DNA of 64,000 nucleotides from a virus: IMG/VR virus record IMGVR_UViG_3300028653_000010; one strand, 5' to 3'. Shown piece by piece: positions 18,879 to 27,651 of this stretch (position 1 is its first letter; each line of letters starts with the position of its first letter). The notes under the pieces were generated by a model. It saw only the letters and a program-made list of their open reading frames with translations, ran no database searches and was not told where the DNA came from. The position numbers and the translations under genes were made by a program.

Positions 18879-19305
18879 ACTCACGACCCCACGTCCCCTT
18901 GCAATCAGGGCAAACCCAGTGGGTGATCTTGTCCAAGCCCCTGTCTACTACTCCAATTTGCCTGAGACCAGGAGGACCCATCTTGTGATCTCGTAGGTCA
19001 GCTTTGCAGTGAGGGCACTCCAAGGTCCCCTTCCAGACATGCCAGTAGGCGCCCCAGCCCTCGACCATAGTGAACACGGAGTTCGGGTTACCTTCAGGCG
19101 TATCCTCCGGGTAGACCTTTCGACGAATTAGCTCGTCGACAAGGAAATGCATGATCTCCTTGCTAGCCAAGGAGAAAAGATTCCTCTCTTGATCCAAGAT
19201 CTGGAGCAAGGTAAGGTCTGAAGCGCTGGGCCCAAGCCTCTTCAACGTTTCGATAGTGGTTTCTTTTCTGTCGTCACCTTTGATCGGTCTAGCATTGTTT
19301 CCCAT
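18856..19305 (-). CDS. Hypothetical Zn-binding protein
   Basis: CPHC and CPDC; start uncertain. Confidence 0.6.
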   Translation of the reverse strand: MGNNARPIKGDDRKETTIETLKRLGPSASDLTLLQILDQERNLFSLASKEIMHFLVDELIRRKVYPEDTPEGNPNSVFTMVEGWGAYWHVWKGTLECPHCKADLRDHKMGPPGLRQIGVVDRGLDKITHWVCPDCKGTWGREFTLTKQG

Positions 19306-19637
19306 ACATGCCTATCCAGAGTAGCGAGCCCGTTGGCCCAAGCATATAACACGAAAGCCTCGGGTTGACGTAGAATTTCTTCGTAGAACGGGGTCTCGAC
19401 GGCAGCCCGCTCTTCTGGGGTTGCATCGCTCTTGAGGCCGAGGGTCTTCAGCCAGAGATCTCGAACCTTATGATCCTTCCCGATTACCTTGGTGGCTTCC
19501 TTCCGGGCCTCCTTGCTTTTTGTAGTCAGGTACCCACGAAGGGCAGAAAGCTCTGCCTGGGTCAAATGGGACAAGTCCGGAAGCGGTATGGGAGCCACCG
19601 GTCGTTGCGGGCTATCTTCCACGAGTACTAACGACAC
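19242..19637 (-). CDS. Hypothetical protein
   Basis: 131-aa ORF in a minus-strand run. Confidence 0.55.
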   Translation of the reverse strand: MSLVLVEDSPQRPVAPIPLPDLSHLTQAELSALRGYLTTKSKEARKEATKVIGKDHKVRDLWLKTLGLKSDATPEERAAVETPFYEEILRQPEAFVLYAWANGLATLDRHVWETMLDRSKVTTEKKPLSKR

Positions 19638-20055
19638 CGGATGGTCTCATTCCGGCCACTGTAGTTGCTGGAGCGGTCGAAGTCACCTTAGTCCTAATCT
19701 CATCTGGGAGCCCCGCCCATGCATTCTTACTACGAGTCCTAGGGATTGGGTTGTGGAAGGTTACCTCGTAGACCATGACACGCGGGGGTACCACCACCTG
19801 AGGGATTTGAGTATCTTCCAACTCGCGCGCAAAGTCGAGTAGAAGACGAAATTGGATGGTCTTCTTGGGGTCCCCACGGGTCCGGTCGGGGTGAAGGTCC
19901 GGTATCTTCTTCCGGAGTTCTTTCTTGAAGCGTGCTTTCAGGGACTCAAGTTTCTGAGTAGCTTCTTCTCGAGTACGCGCCCTTCGAATCGAATCGAAGT
20001 CCTCAGGACAGAACCCCATCTGCATTAGCAGATCTTCTATTGGTTTGAGGGGCAT
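19612..20055 (-). CDS. J-domain-like protein
   Basis: KARFKKELRKKIPDLHPDR...IQFRLL (HPD motif). Confidence 0.6.
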   Translation of the reverse strand: MPLKPIEDLLMQMGFCPEDFDSIRRARTREEATQKLESLKARFKKELRKKIPDLHPDRTRGDPKKTIQFRLLLDFARELEDTQIPQVVVPPRVMVYEVTFHNPIPRTRSKNAWAGLPDEIRTKVTSTAPATTVAGMRPSGVVSTRGR

Positions 20056-20413
20056 CACAATTCTCTCCGATAGCCGCAATTAGGGCTGAGAGATCCAGTG
20101 GCTTTGCAAGTAGCTTGCAGTCATTCGAGTCGACATACTCTCTCAGGTCCGCACTCATGCTCCCTGAACAGAAGAAAAACCTGTGATGGTGGTCAGGAAA
20201 GTTCTCAGTCACCCAAGAGTGAAAGTCCCGCCCTGTCCCGTCAGGTAGCATCATGTCGGACATCACCAAAGAAAATACTCCACCCTGGAATGCCTTCTTG
20301 GCTTCTGTCACCGACCCCACCGCTGTAACAGTCAGTCCTAATGACTTGAGAATACGGGTGAAAGTACTCCTGAGTACTGGCTCGTCCTCAACTATAAGCA
20401 TGTTCCCTGTCAT
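20003..20413 (-). CDS. Single-domain response regulator (receiver)
   Basis: LIVEDE, SDMMLPDGTG, LAKPLD. Confidence 0.92.
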   Translation of the reverse strand: MTGNMLIVEDEPVLRSTFTRILKSLGLTVTAVGSVTEAKKAFQGGVFSLVMSDMMLPDGTGRDFHSWVTENFPDHHHRFFFCSGSMSADLREYVDSNDCKLLAKPLDLSALIAAIGENCDAPQTNRRSANADGVLS

Positions 20414-20607
20414 GTTCCCTCCCTTCTTACACTAGTAACGGCTTTTCAGTACACCACTTTAGGGGTTATTGATAATTTATGGTTTACATGATGGTACATG
20501 CTCTCACCTAATAATCCTTCAGTGAGGTTGACCGGTGTAGGATTAGAAGGCGGCTATTCTGGCTGACCTGTGAACCCGAACTGAATCAACGAAACCATTC
20601 CCCAAAC

Positions 20608-20877
20608 ATGTCAGACTTCGAAGATAAGACCCTTAATTGCTGCGATTGTGGAAAAGACTTTGTATTTAGGTCAAAGGACCAGGAGTTCTTCTCTCGAATG
20701 AACTTCACAGATCCCCGCCGATGTAAACCATGCAGGGATATCAAGAAGGCACAGAAAGAGGGTCTACCAGCGCCAGCACCCAGTGGTGTCACATCTTTTC
20801 CCGAGGATGACTTCGGACCCAAGAAGAAGAGTAGCGGGGGTGGTGGGCGCCGACGTCGTGAGGATGACGGGTACTGA
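20608..20877 (+). CDS. Zinc-ribbon (zf-trcl-like) protein
   Basis: FEDKTLNCCDCGKDFVF...QEFF...PRRCKPCR. Confidence 0.88.
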   Translation: MSDFEDKTLNCCDCGKDFVFRSKDQEFFSRMNFTDPRRCKPCRDIKKAQKEGLPAPAPSGVTSFPEDDFGPKKKSSGGGGRRRREDDGY

Positions 20878-20878
20878 C

Positions 20879-21478
20879 TTAGGGGAACTTGATCTTGGAG
20901 AGCACGTGTAGTGCTTCCTTGTAAAGTTCGTCCTTAGATCCTTCGTTCCACAGTACATAGTCTGCAAGTTTGACTTTGTCACTGATTGGAAGCTGAGAGC
21001 TGATGCGCGCGAGCGCCTCTTGCTCGTTGAACCCATCTCTGTCCATCAATCGTTGTAGTTGTATCTCGGATGATACTGCTACAACGACTATGGGTCTGAA
21101 CTCCAGGTGGTGCCCGTGTTCAATGAGTAGGGGAGCCTCAAACCCAACCAGTGGGTATTGGTCAACGGCCTGCTTTAGGCGAAGTCGTATCTCGTCATTC
21201 AAGTATCGACGGAGGGTGTTGTCAAGAACGGCCCTCTTCTTTGAATCCGTAAATACCAAAGCCCCCAATCTCGGACGATCAAGAGACCCGTCGGGGAGTA
21301 GAATGTCCCTTCCAAAGTTACTCACTAAGAGGGATAGCGCTGGGGTGCCCGGGGCCACTACGTCTCGAGCCACCACGTCGGCATCCACCATGCGGACCCC
21401 GTTATCCTGGTATAGTCTGGATATAACGCTCTTTCCACAAGCTATTCCACCAGTTAGCCCGAATATTCTACCCTTCAT
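20879..21478 (-). CDS. coaE: Dephospho-CoA kinase
   Basis: GLTGGIACGKS, DADVVAR, LDRPRLGALVF, PLLIE, RLMDRDG. Confidence 0.93.
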   Translation of the reverse strand: MKGRIFGLTGGIACGKSVISRLYQDNGVRMVDADVVARDVVAPGTPALSLLVSNFGRDILLPDGSLDRPRLGALVFTDSKKRAVLDNTLRRYLNDEIRLRLKQAVDQYPLVGFEAPLLIEHGHHLEFRPIVVVAVSSEIQLQRLMDRDGFNEQEALARISSQLPISDKVKLADYVLWNEGSKDELYKEALHVLSKIKFP

Positions 21479-21573
21479 CTCCTGCCACCATCTTCAAGGA
21501 AAAGATTGAAAGTCCTAGACATTTTGGTCCGGTGTAGATAAGTACCGCAACTTCAGTAGGAAAGACAACTAAA

Positions 21574-22050
21574 ATGAGCGAATTCACCACACTACCTGGG
21601 TTCAAAGAGGATCACCCTGATACACTAGTCATTCAGTGCAGTGATGGCCGGTTCAGTAAACCAATCTTTGAGCTACTCAGGAACAGCGGTTGTCAGCGGT
21701 ACGATGTGATGGCGATGCCCGGCGGACCCGCGCTCCTGGACATGGTAGGAGCCTCGATTATTGAGTCAGAGGCCTGCCGGTCAGGAACCTCTTTTCTTGT
21801 CAAAGGGCACAAGATCAATACTATCCACTTGATTGCCCATGCAGGTTGCGGGTACTATCAGTATCGTTTCGGTGGTATGGGAAAAGTAGCTCTCCAGAAT
21901 AAACAGATCGAAGATATGCAACATGCAGCTGCCTGGTTACGCAGACTAGACAGGAACATCTTGGTTCTTGCCTACTTTGCCTCTGTGAAGAATGGATCCA
22001 TACTCTTCCAAGACGTGACAATTAACCTAAACAAGAGCCCGCTGTACTAA
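21574..22050 (+). CDS. Beta-carbonic-anhydrase-like protein
   Basis: CSDGR ... PGG ... HAGCG metal-ligand pattern. Confidence 0.7.
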   Translation: MSEFTTLPGFKEDHPDTLVIQCSDGRFSKPIFELLRNSGCQRYDVMAMPGGPALLDMVGASIIESEACRSGTSFLVKGHKINTIHLIAHAGCGYYQYRFGGMGKVALQNKQIEDMQHAAAWLRRLDRNILVLAYFASVKNGSILFQDVTINLNKSPLY

Positions 22051-22051
22051 T

Positions 22052-22462
22052 ATGAGCCAACTTTTCTCGGTAACCGGATTATTTGTCAAAAGGGGTCAGA
22101 TACTTGTAGTATCGCGCAAAGACAACCCTGACGACTTTGGGCTACCCGGTGGGAAGATCGACCCGGGCGAGACAGCTGAGGAGGCTATCATACGGGAAGT
22201 ATGGGAGGAGACTGGGATCGAGGTAATCCACTGTGAGCCTATCTTCGAAGACAAGGACCGAGTAGAATGTGGGGAGCCTCGCCCTTGTTTGGCATTTCTA
22301 ATTCGATCTTGGAAGGGGGAGCCGCGTTCCAAAGAAGCTGGTGTTGTGAAGTGGGCAGATCAGTCGGTTATCACTGATCCATCGACATCATTCCACGAGT
22401 ACAATACTAGGCTTTTTGCGAGTATGTCTCCAGGATTGAAGGATGCTCTGCGGTTGGTCTGA
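22052..22462 (+). CDS. Nudix hydrolase
   Basis: PGGKIDPGETAEEAIIREVWEETG Nudix box. Confidence 0.95.
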   Translation: MSQLFSVTGLFVKRGQILVVSRKDNPDDFGLPGGKIDPGETAEEAIIREVWEETGIEVIHCEPIFEDKDRVECGEPRPCLAFLIRSWKGEPRSKEAGVVKWADQSVITDPSTSFHEYNTRLFASMSPGLKDALRLV

Positions 22463-22757
22463 GGCTCTCTAGGTTAGGGGGCGACGGGATTGTGTCCAGG
22501 TTATGGGAGTCGACGAACGTCGTTCGGTTCACCCCAAGGAACCGGCCCATCTCGTCGTAGGTTGGGTCTCGAACTGTGAACTCATCCTCAAGTGCATCAC
22601 AGATAGTGAAGATCCGAATCACTCGAGTACATGGGGAGAGTACGTGTAGTGGATCATCTTGCACATACACAAGGTTCCTCTCTGAGTCAACAAGGAGGAC
22701 CCAAAAGAGATACCCCTCTGAGTCTTCAAAGATGGTACCTGGCTGAAGTTTAGTCAT
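22407..22757 (-). CDS. Hypothetical protein
   Basis: ORF preceded by a GCGTAA promoter-like element. Confidence 0.55.
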   Translation of the reverse strand: MTKLQPGTIFEDSEGYLFWVLLVDSERNLVYVQDDPLHVLSPCTRVIRIFTICDALEDEFTVRDPTYDEMGRFLGVNRTTFVDSHNLDTIPSPPNLESLRPTAEHPSILETYSQKA

Positions 22758-22824
22758 AGGGGTTACTTACGCCTTCCAACAATCTTTTTCTGAAGATTGT
22801 TGGCGACCGGTGTAATAGCCGTAA

Positions 22825-23472
22825 ATGTCTGACTTTTTCAAGTGGTATAATCTGATCTTCTACATCCCGCTGGCAATCGGAATACTATCCGTACTTGGAG
22901 TCGGGTTTTCAGGTGCTGGTCACGACGTAGGGGTTCATGGGGACATCCACGGTGACTTTCACCTAGACGGGGATCATGACGCTGAAGGGGATCAGGATGG
23001 GGAGGGACAGGGGAGTTGGTTACTTGGCTTCCTAGGGTTTGGGAGGGTACCACTTGCCATCTCATTCATGTCTCTGTCCTTGATATTTGCAGGTACTGGG
23101 ATCTGCATGAACACGATACTCGGAGCACTCATCAAGGTGTGGAGTGGGTTCGCTCTTATCTCAGTAGCCGTTGCCTCCATCACGATGTTCTTTGGTACTG
23201 CCTTCGTGAGTCGAACCGTGGGTAAGTTCATGCCCACCACTGAAACCGATTCAGTGAAGAAGGTAGACCTCATTGGGTGTATTGGAACTGTCACCCTAGC
23301 TTGTGACAGTACTGGTGGGGTAGCTCAAATCACGAATAGGAGTGGGGACCGCTACCAAATCCAATGCAGGTCGGACAAGCCTATTGCCAAAGGCACTCCA
23401 ATTCTAACCTTCGAATACAACGAAGCTCTTGATGTGTACACAATAGTTGTTGATCCCACCATTGGTGGGTGA
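22825..23472 (+). CDS. NfeD-like / YqiJ membrane protein
   Basis: TM helix, His/Asp-rich loop, LGFGRVPL, C-terminal OB-like domain; adjacent to flotillin. Confidence 0.85.
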   Translation: MSDFFKWYNLIFYIPLAIGILSVLGVGFSGAGHDVGVHGDIHGDFHLDGDHDAEGDQDGEGQGSWLLGFLGFGRVPLAISFMSLSLIFAGTGICMNTILGALIKVWSGFALISVAVASITMFFGTAFVSRTVGKFMPTTETDSVKKVDLIGCIGTVTLACDSTGGVAQITNRSGDRYQIQCRSDKPIAKGTPILTFEYNEALDVYTIVVDPTIGG

Positions 23473-23516
23473 GTTTATTAAACCCTGCTCTCGCAGGGGG
23501 AAAGATGTAAATCAAA

Positions 23517-25454
23517 ATGGGTATAGGTCTATTTTTTCTGTTGCTCTTTGGGATAGCTCTAATTGCCAGTCCAATAGCAGTAAACACATTCACAACGCAC
23601 CATGTACCGGGGGTGTCCTCCGTCATCATGACTATCAGCGGAATCACGCTGGTTCTGATCTGCGTAACACTTCTCGTAATCACCAAGTTGTATGTCAAAA
23701 CAAAGGCAAGTGAGGCCTTTGTCAAGACTGGCATGGGCGGGTTGAAGGTCATTCGAGATGGTGGTCAGGTTATCCTCCCTGTCATCCACCAGATAGTTCG
23801 AGTGTCCCTTGAGACCATCAAGTTGCCAGTACAACGTATTGGGGCCGATGCTCTCATCACCAGTGATAAGTTGCGCGCCGACGTCCAAGCTGAGTTCTAC
23901 GTTCGGGTACAAGCCTCGGATGAGGATATCAAAGCAGCAGCCCGTTCCCTTGGTGACAAGATGAGCGAAGTCAATGTGAATTCTCAACAACAAAGAAAGT
24001 CTGACGGACGGTCCTATGAGTCGAGTGTAGCGGCCCTCATTGAAGACAAGCTGGTATCAGCTCTGCGCACGAGTGCTGCCAAGAAGACCCTAGAACAACT
24101 AAACAGCGACCGAGATGAGTTCTTGAAGGAAGTTGTGGAGGGGGTCACTGCGGACTTGAAGCACAACGGGTTCCTCCTTGAAACAGTCACCATCTCCAAG
24201 TTGGATCAGACCGATATTACCAACCTGAAAAATGATAACATCTTCGACGCCCAAGGGCTGAGAACCATTGCGGAAATCACTCAGAAGAACCTCACCGAGA
24301 GGAACACCATCGTCCGCACCGGTGAGCAAGCTCGAAAGGATCAGGACGTTCAGACACGAACTCAGATCCTAGAGCTGGAGAGGAAGCAAGCTGAGGCTGA
24401 AGCGAATCAGTCGGCTCAAGTACTCTCAATTCAAGCTGAGCAGGAACGCATTGGTAAGCAAAGCCAGATCGAAGCTCAACGGAAAATCGATGTGGCTGCA
24501 ACCGAGAACGCACAACAGACAATCCTTGCCAAGGTTTCTCAAGAACAGGCCGTCGAGGTTGCCAAGCGTCAGCAACAGCAAGCCATCGTGGTTGCTGAAC
24601 AGAAGGTGGAAGTCGCCAAGCGGGACCAACAGAAAGCCATTGCTGGATCTGAAGCCGAGAAAGCCAAGGCGGAAGCCCTCTTAGCGGATGCTGAAGCTGA
24701 CCGACAGAAGGCTCGTCAGAATATCCAAACGGTAGAGGTAGTTGCTGCAGCAGACCGAGAGAAGCAGAAGGCAGTTATTGCGGCTCAAGGTGAAGCTGAG
24801 AAGAACTATGTAACCGCCCAGAGGACCGCTGATGCCGGCGCCTATCGGACCATGAAAGAGGCTGAGGCGCGCAAAGCATCGGCTGATGCGGATGCTGAAG
24901 CTACAACCAAGAAGGCAACAGCAGATTCGAAAGCAGCAGAACTTCAAGCCGCTGGTAACAAGGCAACCCTCATTGCCCAAGCTGACGGTGAGAAAGCCAA
25001 GCTGCTAGCTGCTGCTGAGGGTCAGAAAGCTCTGGCCATGGTCCCTGTCGAGGTCAAGGCTCGCGAGGTCCAGATCGACAAGCAACGAGTTGAAGAGGTC
25101 CTCAAGCCTGAACTAGAAGCTCGTGCAGCCAACGGTGAGGCGGCTCAGAACTTCGAGTTGGCCAAACTCCAAATCACCCAAGAAGCCCTGGTCAGAATCG
25201 AGTCGGCCAAAGCGACTGCCCAGTTCTACGGAAAGATCCAAGCCAACGTCTACGGTACCCCTGAGGACGTCGCCAAGATGTCCCAGCACTTCAACGCGGG
25301 CATGGGCCTCTCCCAGGCCTTCGGTGGGTTCTTGGCCGGCGCAGACGCCTCCACGGTCGAGACTGTTCAGAAGACCATGGGCGCAGTCAACGAGATCGCA
25401 TCCTCAGTTGGCAAGATGATAGGTAAGAAGACTGACAAGCCAGCTACAACCTAG
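23517..25454 (+). CDS. Flotillin / SPFH (YqiK-like) protein
   Basis: AFVKTGMGG, ALITSDKLRADV, LDQT...NIFDAQG, long EA-rich coiled coil. Confidence 0.92.
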   Translation: MGIGLFFLLLFGIALIASPIAVNTFTTHHVPGVSSVIMTISGITLVLICVTLLVITKLYVKTKASEAFVKTGMGGLKVIRDGGQVILPVIHQIVRVSLETIKLPVQRIGADALITSDKLRADVQAEFYVRVQASDEDIKAAARSLGDKMSEVNVNSQQQRKSDGRSYESSVAALIEDKLVSALRTSAAKKTLEQLNSDRDEFLKEVVEGVTADLKHNGFLLETVTISKLDQTDITNLKNDNIFDAQGLRTIAEITQKNLTERNTIVRTGEQARKDQDVQTRTQILELERKQAEAEANQSAQVLSIQAEQERIGKQSQIEAQRKIDVAATENAQQTILAKVSQEQAVEVAKRQQQQAIVVAEQKVEVAKRDQQKAIAGSEAEKAKAEALLADAEADRQKARQNIQTVEVVAAADREKQKAVIAAQGEAEKNYVTAQRTADAGAYRTMKEAEARKASADADAEATTKKATADSKAAELQAAGNKATLIAQADGEKAKLLAAAEGQKALAMVPVEVKAREVQIDKQRVEEVLKPELEARAANGEAAQNFELAKLQITQEALVRIESAKATAQFYGKIQANVYGTPEDVAKMSQHFNAGMGLSQAFGGFLAGADASTVETVQKTMGAVNEIASSVGKMIGKKTDKPATT

Positions 25455-25474
25455 TAGTCGGTAATCGTTAGTTG

Positions 25475-25509
25475 AAAAGGGCTTGGTGCAAACCAAGCCC
25501 TTTTTATTT
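25475..25509 (+). terminator. Intrinsic terminator
   Basis: AAAAGGGCTTGG-loop-CCAAGCCCTTTTT. Confidence 0.85.
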
Positions 25510-25542
25510 GTCTGGACCCTTCAAATGTGGCACAATAGTAGA

Positions 25543-26172
25543 GTGAGTACTACCGCCTACCTGTTATCTCGATGGGAAACTACCCTAAAGAGAGCTGAGG
25601 CTCAGGGAGCCAGCCCGAGTTTGATTGAGGAGATCCTTGGGGCGTACAGTGGTAAAGGTCGGTACTACCATGTGAGGGATCACCTCCGTCATATGTTCGA
25701 AGTCTACGATCGATTCTTCCAGGAGCCGAGCATAACCCTTGAATTGACGTTCTGGTATCATGACTTTGTATATGACCCGACTGCACGGGACAACGAGGTT
25801 CAGAGCGCGAACATTGGTCAATCTCGTGTGGAGCGCATGCTTCAAGTCCCATCACCGGTCAGTGCTAAGATCCGTGACCTAATACTTTTCAGTCAGTACA
25901 CGAGAGAGCCCAAGACGCGCGAGGAGATGATCCTCCATGACATCGACCTGGCCATCTTCGGTGAGAGTCTGGACCAATTTGTTAAGTATGAGGGAGACAT
26001 CCGTCTGGAGTATCAGTTTGTGGAGCTCGAAGCCTACCGTAAGGGGCGCGCGAGCATACTCAAGCGGTTCCTTCGGGACCCGTTCTACTCCACCCCCGAG
26101 ATGCGCTTCAGCTCCTACGAGCACCTGGCTCAGATCAACATCCGCAAGTCGATCGAAGCCCTAGAAGCTTGA
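25543..26172 (+). CDS. HD-superfamily phosphohydrolase (COG4339-like)
   Basis: RYYH, WYHDFVYDP...NEVQSA, DIDLAI, IRLEY; GTG start after TTGTCT-N17-CACAAT. Confidence 0.88.
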   Translation: MSTTAYLLSRWETTLKRAEAQGASPSLIEEILGAYSGKGRYYHVRDHLRHMFEVYDRFFQEPSITLELTFWYHDFVYDPTARDNEVQSANIGQSRVERMLQVPSPVSAKIRDLILFSQYTREPKTREEMILHDIDLAIFGESLDQFVKYEGDIRLEYQFVELEAYRKGRASILKRFLRDPFYSTPEMRFSSYEHLAQINIRKSIEALEA

Positions 26173-26343
26173 GCCCCAAGAGACTGGGTCACCTTCATCG
26201 AATTCAGCGTCTGGGTACTCCAGGCGAACTCGGTCCTTCAGGGCCTCGAGGAAAACCCCACGGTACCTCCGGTCGCCACCCTCGATACGCCACTTGATGG
26301 CGTTCCCTTTATCATCGACGACGGGGTGGCAGATGAACTTCAT
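26161..26343 (-). CDS. Small hypothetical protein
   Basis: GGTGTA element 8 nt upstream of ATG. Confidence 0.55.
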   Translation of the reverse strand: MKFICHPVVDDKGNAIKWRIEGGDRRYRGVFLEALKDRVRLEYPDAEFDEGDPVSWGSSF

Positions 26344-26358
26344 AGGTGGACTACACCA

Positions 26359-27171
26359 TCACGGCAGCCCTTGCCAGAGCAAGTAAGCGGTTACTGTACC
26401 AGTTGCAGGGTTTCCTGATTGAGTTACATTTGCGTAAATTGCTTGACCAGCCGGATACATGGCTTCAAAGCCAGTGGATTGGCTCATATCAAACCCCAAG
26501 GTCCCAAGAGCAAACCCTCCAACACTTGAACCAACAGTTGATGAGTCAGTTACTGTCTGATCAACAACTATCTGCTGCTCACCAGAGACTGCCCCAATAC
26601 TGAGAACTGAACTAGGGGTACCAACCCCTGTAATAGCGACCTTTAATCGGAGGTCAATCGACTTTAACTTCCATCGACCAGGTCCTGTCGGAGTCGATGG
26701 ACGAGTATCTATCGCAGTATTCGCTGTTGTGGTGAGGTCAATATCAAACTGAGTGGTTACGAGGGTACTACCTGGTGTTGGGGTTGCCCAAGCAGCAACA
26801 GTATCAGAGGAAGCGGTAAGAACTTGACCTGGTGATGGTGCAGTGGACGCTGATACATCAACTACTGTCGTTGCTGTCCTGAGTCCAGAGGCTGAAATTT
26901 CTGATAGTGCCCCAGCAGTCAAAATATGAGTTACTGCAGCCCCATTGGCGTGGGGTACGTTCAGTGTTCCTTCTAATCCTCTTTGAACAGTGAAGCTAAC
27001 TCCGCTGACCCCAGTCACTAGCATGAGCTCATCCTCAACTAGCACTCTAAATTGTGGTAGGGTGGGGAACTCGGAGGCATCAGTAACCACCAAAGAGGTT
27101 ACAACCCCGTTAATCCCACCATTGAGGGTCGTGATAGCCTTGTTGGCAAACCTTTCGGTAGTCATACTCAA
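26359..27171 (-). CDS. Tail-fibre/virion decoration-like protein
   Basis: TTLNGGI...ELMLVT...TVQRGLEGT...H domain plus shared SGLRTATT..GQVLTASSDTVAAW module. Confidence 0.65.
   Translation of the reverse strand: MSMTTERFANKAITTLNGGINGVVTSLVVTDASEFPTLPQFRVLVEDELMLVTGVSGVSFTVQRGLEGTLNVPHANGAAVTHILTAGALSEISASGLRTATTVVDVSASTAPSPGQVLTASSDTVAAWATPTPGSTLVTTQFDIDLTTTANTAIDTRPSTPTGPGRWKLKSIDLRLKVAITGVGTPSSVLSIGAVSGEQQIVVDQTVTDSSTVGSSVGGFALGTLGFDMSQSTGFEAMYPAGQAIYANVTQSGNPATGTVTAYLLWQGLP
26787..26829. repeat. 43-nt exact repeat, copy 1 (copy 2 at 28470-28512)
   Basis: CCCAAGCAGCAACAGTATCAGAGGAAGCGGTAAGAACTTGACC identical at both sites. Confidence 0.9.
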
Positions 27172-27236
27172 CTACCGCGGCATAAGAACTTCAACCAGGG
27201 TTGTGGTCCTCAGAAGTTGAAGGTACACTTAGCTCT

Positions 27237-27644
27237 ATGCCTGTTACCAAAAACATCCGTGACTTATTCTCAGGGGGTCAAGATAACAACCCAACCCTTC
27301 GAGATCACGCAAATGACCGAGTTACTGAAGATGAACGGTATGTTCTACCTCCACAGAACCCGTTGTTTACTGCACGGATGCCAGGTGACCACGATGATCA
27401 TCCGTTGCTAGAGTCACAGAGGGGTAATCCGTTCTACGGAATCAGCCCTCAGAAGGTATCAGCACTCCTTCAAGCGGGTAGAATCAATCCAAACCAAGAG
27501 CGTCAAGCTAGGGCTTGGGTTGATCAGTACCAGAAGCTAACCGGTGAGACTCTGTACAACGGGCGTAACCACAACTTCGAGGAACCAGAGGTAACCGGAG
27601 ACAACAAGTGCGGTCTCCGGCGAGCTGATCCCTGGCCACGATAG
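27237..27644 (+). CDS. Hypothetical protein
   Basis: ORF between fibre-like genes on the opposite strand. Confidence 0.55.
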   Translation: MPVTKNIRDLFSGGQDNNPTLRDHANDRVTEDERYVLPPQNPLFTARMPGDHDDHPLLESQRGNPFYGISPQKVSALLQAGRINPNQERQARAWVDQYQKLTGETLYNGRNHNFEEPEVTGDNKCGLRRADPWPR

Positions 27645-27651
27645 TCAGTGG

